Positions 54,278 to 64,000 of a DNA stretch of 64,000 bases are shown here, one piece after another (position 1 is the stretch's first letter; the number at the start of each line of letters is the position of its first letter). A program made the position numbers and the translations under genes. A model generated the notes under the pieces. It made no database searches, was not told the DNA's origin, and worked only from the letters and a program-made list of their open reading frames with translations. Source of the DNA: Squalus acanthias (Eukaryota); NCBI GenBank assembly GCA_030390025.1, contig CM059434.1, forward strand, positions 25,234,001-25,298,000, written 5' to 3'.

Positions 54278-54979
54278 ATTATTCTGACGGCAGAATTGTA
54301 AATCCATGAAAATGTAGGTCTGCTATTTTAGCATCAGAACAGGTTTTAGAAATGTAAACGCAGGGAGAATATGTTTCAGAATGTGAACGCAGGGATGGAT
54401 CCTCTACATAGTGATCTCATGTGATCCAAGCTCTAGGAGGGTCAGTATAAAACCACCTTGATTGTCACGTCTCTATAGACGATAGCCCAAAGGGCTGAGT
54501 GGTTAAGAAAATGGTAACCACAGTGCCCCTGCAATACTAAAGTTGGAGTTTATGCCAATTGTTGGAGCAGAGTAGACCGGGCTTTATTCTACATCTGACC
54601 AATGCTACTCCTGACGAAGGATTGCTTGATGCTGACAGACTGTCAGAAATAGAATTATCCTTTCCCCAGCACAAACATCTCTCTCTTCGAGTGCAAAATT
54701 CAAACTAAACTCTGATTTTAATATATTTATGGTAACTCGCTTCCCCCAACTCTGTGAAGAAGCTTCGGTTTTGCAAATTCCATCCTGTGCGGATGACGAA
54801 TGTTGGCGTGCTGCTGGTTGGAAGGGAAATTCAATACTTAGCGTTATTATATCAGCTGCAATTTTATTTAACTTTGAAACCAACGCAGAGTCAAATGCAA
54901 TAAGTCTAAATACTGCAGCATTTCACAGAATTGAGGTACATTATAAAATCTGGAGTTAATTGGTAGTTCCCCTAATTCA

Positions 54980-55231
<252 letters not shown>

Positions 55232-58200
55232 CTAAGGCCAATAGAACAAAAGCATGTAAATTACTTCCATTTTCTACAGGATATGTACAAGTGGGAGATC
55301 GCGAACACATCAATCCCAAGACTATGCTTTGCTCGGATTACAGATTTGACCTGAGAAATCTCCGGCAGAATTTTTTTTTAGACATGAATTTTCAATAACT
55401 TTTACTTTGAAGTATAGGCTGTTCTTTATCACATTAATGCGACAAGCAGAAAATCTACTAAAAACGATAGGTTAAAGTCTTGATTTATGGGTCTTAACCC
55501 AGTTGCCCAGAGTTGCCACAGCTGAATCTGTATACATAACAGGCTCCAATTTCAAAATAATATTTTTATTATATTTCAACGGCCTGTTGTATCGGCTGAC
55601 GATTTTTCTATATATTATAAATTGAATAATGCAAATTACTGATCCCGCTACTCCGAAATGCTTTTCAAATAGGCAATTTTAAAATAAATCTGGAAATAAT
55701 TTGTAACCGTTTCATTTCGGAGAAGGCTGAAATTGCCACTTCGAAACGTTGAACAGTCCCATCAGTTAAAACAGTTTTTAATCAACGACAACTTGCACTT
55801 CTATAGCGATAGGAAAACTCCCAATGAGCTTCACAGAATGAAGAAATACATGAACACTGTTCAATGGTTGATTCGAGCTGGTTATCAATTCAATGCCGTT
55901 TGCAGATTATTAACTTCCTAATAGCGTCTTAACGTTGTCTCGCTCTTAACAAGAAAGATGTTGCCTTTGATGTGACTCTAAAGCCTGTCGCTGCCGAAAC
56001 CTTTTCACTGCGAGATGACTATAATATCCGTTTACTTTCACTATCACTTCATCTTCGGCCGGCTTAATATGAAGCAGAACTGGAGATGGCAAGATAACGC
56101 CGGTAATCCGATTTATCGCCGCGCGCAAAAGAATGGGGAAACGACTCATTTACAAGCAGAATCGAGACAAATGGAAGTTTAAAGGAATCTTGCAGTTTTG
56201 CTTACTAGCAATCACTGGCTTGACGTAAATCTGGAACATATAAAGATAAACTAGCGCTGTAGATGCAGTTGGAGCTCTGTCCTACTTGTCAAATTTATCG
56301 CATGGGAATCCAGCAGCTCGAAACCTGTTTCTATTTTCTGACTGAATAGTCCAGCCTCCAGTAAGTAAACGGTTGTAATAATACTGGGGGGGGTGGGTGG
56401 GATCTGGAGAAAGTTACAACCTGGGCTAATGCGCTGTTAACCATCAACATTTGCAACTTTAATAATGTGCAGTCGCGAGTTTCAAAAACCCTTGTGCACT
56501 TTCGAATCGACGCCACGCTGAACACTCTCCGTTCCATTAGCGTTATCTGAACTATTAAAACCCGGAACTTTCCCTGCCCTTGCAGCTTTTTCAGTTTATA
56601 ATCCCAGCACTGCCCCCCCCCCTCCCCCCGTTCGAAAAGCAAAACAAGAAAAAGCTTTCATGTGTTTCTAGAGTTTAAAAAAAAATCTATAATGTTGGCG
56701 GTGGTTTAAGCCCAGCTCATTGTTTATGTTTCATATGAAAAGATGATGCAGCAGAGATTGTGTTACCGTCTCAGTTCACCGATTTGCGGGCGGTCCGTTA
56801 ACTTCCTCCAACCCTGCGCTGCACATTTGGTGCATTACGGTTACATTCAGTGACTGTATTTTCCAGCAGATAATCAGCACGGCCCTTTGAGTTTGATTAG
56901 TGCTCTGATTGCCCCGCAGTGTTTGGGATGGAGATCCGAAGGCTTGAGACCTCAACCCCTGCTCATGTTTACGCTTTTTTTTTTGGTTTTAAAAAAAACA
57001 CGGTGAAATAAACTGCACTAAAAAGATCTCCTTTGTCGGTTTGATTAGAAATCGTGAAAGGTTAGATTTTTACGGGGGGGGGGGGGGGGAATCCAAAAGG
57101 AGAAGCCATGAAAATCGAGGCTGAAAGCAGATACCTTTTATCTCCAAAAAGATCGGAAATACGAGTACTTGATGGGAAAGTCCTAAAGCTGCAGTATGTT
57201 TTCATTGCATGTTTAATTTCCTGCCCTGGCTGCCCTTAATTCCCCCGTTTTGATGGAGTTCTATATATAGGCCTTCGCAAGCTGCATTATTACAATTTGT
57301 CCAAACACATCAGCACAGAGTCCGACTGTTTGGGCCAACTGGTGTCTGTAGAAAGGGGACTTTTTGTTTGCTTTCAAAAGCATTTTATGCAACTTAAAGA
57401 AATTGGGTCTAAAACCTGGTAGAGCGAATGTATAGTAAAGATGCTTATCGTTGCAAGGTCTATGAGAGAGGGGAGAACCCTCGGCTGTGGATCGGATTTT
57501 ATCTGAATTAATTTCGTATAGAATTGCCAATAGGAAAATTAATATAAAATATGTGCAACCGTAATAAAGATTCTGAGAGAATTTCCCGTCTTTCTGGGGT
57601 TTTTTTAGATATAGAGCGTCACTGTTTGTTCCAGATTGATTTGAGATTTAGTAAAGCAAAATCGTAATTAAGCAGTTTCTTAATTATCGCTGCCGAGATT
57701 CACTTGTATGTTACAAAATGTAGCTTCTGCGGACCATTCCCCCCATGCTATCTCTATTGGTTTCAACTGATACTGATGCGGATCCATCGGCTGTCCGATT
57801 CAATCAGGATCCTGTCCTTGTCCAATGCAGCATGACTTATGGAGCATGTCAGCACGCTCACATCAGCCCAGTGTTTTACATGAATATTTATAATGCGCTT
57901 TTATCAAACGGGAAGAAATTGACTTCCTACGAATGTTAAAACATTGGCGCTCAACCTTACTACCACAGTTCATACAAGTTACTCCAATGCTTCTTAACTC
58001 TTCCGAGTAATGTCCTATCCTTATCAGTCAGACTGATCTTCCTGGACAGTTCATGCTCGTAAAGCACATTGCAATAATGTGTGTCTCGCATTTGAAGTTT
58101 TTAAAAATCCCTATAAGGAATGACTATTGTACTTCGAGGTTTTTTTTAAAGCAGGCGCTCCATCACTTTTACAAATGATTTTTAAACTGCAAATTTCTGT

Positions 58201-58849
58201 GATAATCAATTAAAACATACCATAAGTTGCATTTTTAACTTTCCAAAAACTGACACCGGTAAGTTTGTAACTGTGACACAATTCAATTAGAGAGGCTATT
58301 TCAAAAACAGTTAAGAGTCAAGACCCGGGCAAAAAACTGCTAACCCTGCAGTCTGCCTCTTTCTCGTACACACAGTGACCTCTCCCTCAATAGCAAAGCA
58401 GCATTTTTGTATTGGGGGAAAAACACTGCAAGAACGACGCCCATCCCATAAATAACGCCACAGTTAATCCTTGAGCCGCATGTTGGTTATACTTCACGGA
58501 TTCTGCACAATTATCAATTTAAAATTGTTTACGACTTCGGTTGAATTATACAAACATTAACTGTAATTGCAGGGGAATCATGTAGAGTAAACGTAGGTAA
58601 TTTATCCAGTCCGGATTTGTTAATGCCGATGTGGAGAGTGATTGATTAATAGTGATGTTTCAATGTTTACTCGGGGAATACATGAATGGAACCGAAGATT
58701 CTCCTAGGACTGGCTCTTCATTATGCTAACGTTTTTTGTAACGGATCCCCGCTCAAATAACTGGTACTGTGTTTCCTTATGCTATCGACAAACCCCACTT
58801 TCCGTTCCCCATTTCATTAACTGGTGAGATAGCCCCGCTCACTCTTTAC

Positions 58850-59148
58850 CTGCACACGAGCTTCTGTCAGGTCAGTTCTCAGTGCGAGCTGTTCCCTGGC
58901 ATAAACGTCAGGATAATGAGTCTTTTGAAAAACCTTTTCCAATTCCTCCAGCTGGTAACTGGTGAAGGTGGTCCTGTTCCTGCGCTTCTTGCCCTTGTTG
59001 CTGTCGCTCTCGCCTTTGTCCATAGCACTGGACAGCTCGGTGTTGGCTCCTTTCATTGCCGCCTCTTTAACGCTGAGGTAGGGACTCTCCATCACGGCAG
59101 GGTCTGAGCTCTGGGGCAACTCCGACTCTCCCAGTGGGCTGTCTTTAG
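58850..59148 (-). CDS. ALX4: ALX4 exon 2 (homeodomain helices 1-2)
   Basis: gtgttcAG / GTaaag, 299 bp. Encodes [11 protein letters not shown]...[51 protein letters not shown]. Confidence 0.97.
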
Positions 59149-60105
59149 CTGAACACAAACAAGAGTCGAATTAACGGGAATACTTGAGAGTAAAATACTG
59201 TGCTTAATAATCGTTTCATCTCTTAACCCTTTCAAGTATAGGATTCCATTCCTTCCTCAAACGAATATTGCTGGGCACAATTAAAACAGCCAAATTCCGA
59301 TATTCAGGAAAGTACCATTAACGATTAAAAGTACCATAAATTCCAATACATTAAAAAATTGGGACCTCGTGAGAAAATATTGCACAAAAAATTGAAAGGC
59401 GATTACCACTTCAAGCTTTCCAAAGATTCGTACCTTTCCAATATCGTTTTTCCTATGTTTGCCCTTCTCTACAAATCTTCGTTTGGATGTCGTCAATAAA
59501 AATGGCGCCTGTTCTGTGTAGTACTAGTAGTTACATACTACATGGCGATTGCTCTCAGTGGGAATGTCCATTTAAAGTCAACCTTTACTGGTCCTATGGC
59601 CGCACATGCTACTCTACTTGGTGCACAGGAATGACTGGATAACGCAAAGCGTTTACTTGGCTGTTCTTGTGTACCACCACCTGAGTCTGTGTTCACTAAT
59701 GGTCTGGAATTAGAGCAATAAAGACTTTTGTTGCCTAAATTCGAGTATGTTCCTGTATGCAAAGGGACTCGTGTATCCGTGTCCCACATAGTTTATACGT
59801 TTTAAAATATTTCGCGAAAAATACTGATTGAATGCTTAACACCATCTTCCCATAGTTTTTCTTACATTTATTTCCATGTACATAAATGTTAGATTTATAA
59901 CTCTACGCAATGTTGTTGGCTAAAGCAAACTTGAAAGTGAAGACAGCTTTCAAACTCCTATTGCTGAACCGGCGTCTGTGGAGGATTGGACTAATGCACT
60001 GTCTGTCTTAAAACCCATGATGTGGAGATGCCTGCGTTGGACTGGGGTGGACAAAAATGAGAAGTCGCACAACACCAGGTTATAGTCCAACAGATTTATT
60101 TAATT

Positions 60106-60144
60106 TTACAAGCTTTCGGAGCAGTTCGCTCCTTCGTCAGGTAA
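60106..60144 (-). ncRNA. Minimal hammerhead ribozyme motif (left arm, ALX4 sense strand)
   Basis: Reverse complement reads UUAC-CUGACGA-A-GGAGC(GAACU)GCUCC-GAAA-GC-UU-GUAA. Confidence 0.7.
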
Positions 60145-60493
60145 GTTTAGCAGTGAGAGAATCTCCCAGAATTCACAATTTAAACACAGACAAAATATAT
60201 TCAAATCTTTCCCACATCAAAGAGCATAGCCAAGACAATGAGATGTGTCCCAGGCACGATACAGAACGTGACTTGACATCATGGCCGGTCTTCCCAGGTG
60301 TTTTTTTAAAAAAAAGGCTAACACAAGAACCTACACAGATTGACAGGATATGCAGCCAGCAGGTGTTTTGACACGTTGGACCCCCTGGGACACATCTCAT
60401 TGTCTTGGCTATGCTCTTTGATGTGGGAAAGATTTGAATATATTTTGTCTGTGTTTAAATTGTGAATTCTGGGAGATTCTCTCACTGCTAAAC

Positions 60494-60532
60494 TTACCTG
60501 ACGAAGGAGCGAACTGCTCCGAAAGCTTGTAA
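60494..60532 (+). ncRNA. Minimal hammerhead ribozyme motif (right arm)
   Basis: Stem I TTAC/GTAA, core CTGACGA at 60498-60504, stem II GGAGC/GCTCC, GAAA at 60521-60524, palindromic AGCT in place of stem III, UH at 60527-60528. Confidence 0.7.
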
Positions 60533-61344
60533 AATTAAATAAATCTGTTGGACTATAACCTGGTGTTGTGCGACTTCTCATTTTTGTCTTAAAACCGGTT
60601 TCATTAAGGAAACATATACGTGGATGTATATTCTATATAGACAGGTGTGCAAGTCTAAAATTGTTCGGTGACACAGATGAGTGAAAGCAAGACTGAGATT
60701 AAGACGGTCACTACCTGGGTACATCTGTACTGTGTGTGTGTGTGTGTGTATTGGCTTTCCACCTTTTTCGCTATTCCGCGACTCTGGTGTGTGAAAAGCA
60801 CGGGGCCCATACAAACAAGCCCCAGTCAAGAGCCTGCAGATAAATTGAACACCTTCCGGGTAAGCTAGTTCTTGGGAAGGGGATGTTGTTGCTGAATATC
60901 TCCATCAAATATTTCACTTTTAACTTGCTAACCTTTCCATGGAAATTCCCCACCACTCTCCAGTAGACATGAAAACGGAGTTCACTTATGCACCAACCAA
61001 TTCCACCTCCTCCCTCCCCCCCCCCCCCCCCAACAAAAAAAGTATCGCATCTCCTTGCAGACAAAGTTACTTCATAAAACGAGCTGGAGGAAAGGCGAAC
61101 TTCAAGCAATGATTGGACATTTCCACCTGACCCACAATGATGGCTTGTGCACAATTCTGCGCCTGTGTTTGGGTGGGTAGTTTAAAACCCAGCAAATGGG
61201 AAAGTTAGAGCGTTCTAATCATAACTTGGTGAGACTATTAACTTGTTTCGATTAAAGCAATGCCTATATGTAAACAACGTCTGCATAAATGGTGGGGGGG
61301 GGAGTATAATTGCAGCGGGAATGCGATGTAGCCCATAACTTGTA

Positions 61345-61386
61345 ATAAAAACAGAAGATGTTGGAAATACTCGGCAGGTCAGGCAG
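61345..61386 (-). mobile_element. 42-bp extremely truncated retroelement end (probably another Penelope-like family)
   Basis: ATAAAAACAGAAGATGTTGGAAATACTCGGCAGGTCAGGCAG flanked by an 11-bp direct repeat CATAACTTGTA (61334-61344, 61387-61397). Confidence 0.65.
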
Positions 61387-63677
61387 CATAACTTGTAGGC
61401 TGTTTTGTGCTATTGCATAAATGGTTCAAATCTTCACCGCACTGCACATTCCTGCGCTATAATAATCATGTACTATCTGAAACGTCCCTTTATATAAGTA
61501 TTACAGTCGTTAACAGCCGGCTCGGTCTTCAGTGCACCAACTCAGAAAGCAAGATCCCATCTTTTGTCTTCCTCTGCACATCGATTACTAACCTAGTGTG
61601 GGCCTTGGGTTTCCAGAGGAACAGTGCATGGACCTGTAACCTGTTGGAAAATAATGCAACTTGACGTCTGACAAACTTGGATTATTTTACGTGAAATATA
61701 AAAATTCTAGTCTATTCTCTTTCTAGCAAGTCTGTCAATGTATGGTATAAATTGTACATTGTATCCCATCCCACCCAAATTAATACATGTTGTAGTTATT
61801 TCGTACAAATTACAGAACGTGTTTGTCTTGAATCCAGTGAAGATACCACTAGTTACCGGTCCTCGCGTCTCCTGTCTAGCGTGGACTTGACCGATAATAG
61901 AGAAACTGCATAACTCAGCCAGTTGAACACTACCAGTTAATTTTCATTTATTCCTATCGCCTACCTTTCATTCCGTATTAATTATAATGCACTCATCAAT
62001 TATGAAATCTGCGTTTTGTTATGAAATGTTGAAGTTTAAACCATAGGTACAACTTTTTCCAACTTCTAATGTCTGATATACTTGCATTATAAGGGGAAAT
62101 CGGGCACACACTGTGGATGGGAAGAATTGGCTTTTCGCTGCTTGGCAAGACCTTCGGAACATGTTTTATTGTCTGAATAAATCTCTGTTGTTTACCAAGT
62201 AACGTCATTTCCTGCTAAACTGTTTCCTAACTAGTTTGGACGATGAATCTGCAACAGAAAGATTGCTCGGAAACCTTGAGCATGTGCAAGCCCTTTGAGA
62301 GCCTGTCTTTTTTCGTTCAGATGTTTTTGCAGCAGTTCATTATGTTATATCATTATCCAATGAAGGAAGGTCATCCTTTCTAGAGTGTCATTGCAAGTAA
62401 CATATGTTTTAACAAAAGCTGTGTGCTGACTTTCGGAGTCCCACTGCGTGCAGTCCGAAGTCCCAGCTCATTCGATTCATATTTAACATTCCATATTTCA
62501 CCAGACAGACGAATATTTATCATGGAACCACAAAACAGGCCGGCGGGGAGACGCAGTATGCAACAATTTATACTGATTACACTGTTGGCACAATGTGCGT
62601 GTGTTTAACCATGTAATAAAGTTATACTTCCTGAAGTATGTACAGATATATATCATTAATATAATTCGATTGCCTCTTATTGTCCTGATTATATATTTCA
62701 CGTTCTTTGCGAAACATCAGCATAATGATCTATAATGATATGCAAACGAAATGATGTGAACATCATCTGAAAATGTTTCCTTACATAGATTGAAATAAAT
62801 AAACTGATTGTAACCTTTGTTGGTGTCATTTCCAAAAGGATAAAATAGCATATCGTAAGGCGAAAACTAAAAGAAGGAAAGGGTACTTTAATTTCTAATA
62901 TAACTCTGCATCTAATTTCTGGCTTGCACACAGTTGGTTTGTCATACCTTGGATGTGTTAAACTATCCCAAATCTCCATTAGCCCTGCGAACGCTCGGCT
63001 TGTCTTGTCTTGACAGCGAGGAAGTGGCTGTGTTAAACTCTTGGGACATACAGTCTCATGCAGCGGGATTCCGGTTTTAAAAGTCCAGTATATAGTGGGA
63101 TGTTCTTGTTACTTACACCGTACGATTTGTTCTAGATTCTTGACCCTGGCCTGCGAGGCCCTACAGTTTATAACGCAATTTCTGCCTGGGTCGTGGTATA
63201 AATTCTTGCTTGATTTTGAATTCAAAAGGTGAACGCACAGGACAAAACCGATCGTAAAAGAGCGAAGCCCAACCCACCCGCCCCTACTATTTGCAGAACG
63301 ACCGACTTCATAATCTGCAGAACAAGGGGTCTGCCTTACCTTTCAGTCTGTACGGTAATTCTCATCAAAAAATCAAATAATCAAATCTCCGCGGCAGGGC
63401 GCAGCTGACCAGCTCGCCAGAAGTTCCGAAATTCCTTTTTTTTCTGTGCAAAGGCTGTGTGCGAGAGGAATCCCTGGGCAAAGCGAGCAGGAGTGAATGT
63501 GTGTTTTATCAGCGTTTTTTTTGAAGTGAAAGTGATGCCGGGAACTCGCTCGCCGCTCAGCCTATGATTTAAGGAGCGGAAAATGCCAAAAGAAAATGCG
63601 TCATTACCCCATGTGTCCTCAATCTCCCCAAAGAAAGGCACTCATCGCAACACCAGGAAGGACGTACAGCGCGGAGC

Positions 63678-63725
63678 CGCTCCCCAACCTCTGCTCTCAG
63701 AGACGCTCCCCAACCTCTGCTCTCA
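63678..63725. repeat. 22-bp direct repeat (period 26)
   Basis: CGCTCCCCAACCTCTGCTCTCA at 63678 and 63704. Confidence 0.85.
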
Positions 63726-64000
63726 CAGCCGCAACCGTTCAGAAGATTTTACAAAGAAAAAAGGATTTGTAGGTCTGTTTCAAAAACGGCATGAACGCTG
63801 TAGCCATGCCGGTTATAATGTGCAGTGACTCACATTCTGCAAGAATATGGGTGGATTGGGATTTACCATACTATCTTTTTTTTAGCGTGTGTTCATCCCT
63901 TTTAATTCAAAATCGACTAAGAATATACACCAGTCCAAATATTACCCCCCCCCCCTCCCCCTTTATTTTGCCAATGGGAATTCGGGTTATAAATCCTCAC

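Larger units (their letters stand above)
60017..60588 (-). mobile_element. Penelope-like non-autonomous element with long perfect inverted repeat
   Basis: 205-bp arms 60050-60254 / 60384-60588 with a 129-bp spacer. TSD TGTCTTAAAACC at 60004-60015 and 60585-60596. Family 3' terminus at 60017 on the minus strand. Confidence 0.85.

Noticed and set aside
54345-54395. Imperfect ~30-bp tandem duplication (AATGTRAACGCAGGGA)
   Set aside because: Ordinary local duplication.
54608-54630. CCTGACGAAGG resembling the hammerhead core
   Set aside because: No stem II closure or downstream GAAA, so the motif is incomplete.
60057-60581. Two ORFs with identical N-termini (MRSRTTPGY...) on opposite strands
   Set aside because: A direct consequence of the inverted repeat; no coding evidence.

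Overview
Vertebrate genomic DNA, most likely a cartilaginous fish (shark), judged from DeuSINE/SacSINE1-type SINEs and abundant CR1, L2 and Penelope-type repeats. It holds the last five coding exons of EXT2 (+ strand, stop at 35721). Convergently, it holds coding exons 2-4 of the paired-type homeobox gene ALX4 (- strand, stop at 42276; exon 1 lies beyond the window). This is the tail-to-tail EXT2-ALX4 arrangement also known in human. Introns are packed with CR1 and L2 LINE fragments, SINEs, a fossil autonomous PIF/Harbinger transposon with nested insertions, and several Harbinger-type and hAT-type MITEs. The most unusual signals are two non-coding fold-back insertions in ALX4 introns with perfect 205-bp and 68-bp inverted arms. 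They carry a minimal hammerhead-ribozyme motif plus AATAAA (Penelope-like/retrozyme-like), and one has an inverted target-site rearrangement. All family names come from motif recognition by eye; no database search was run.
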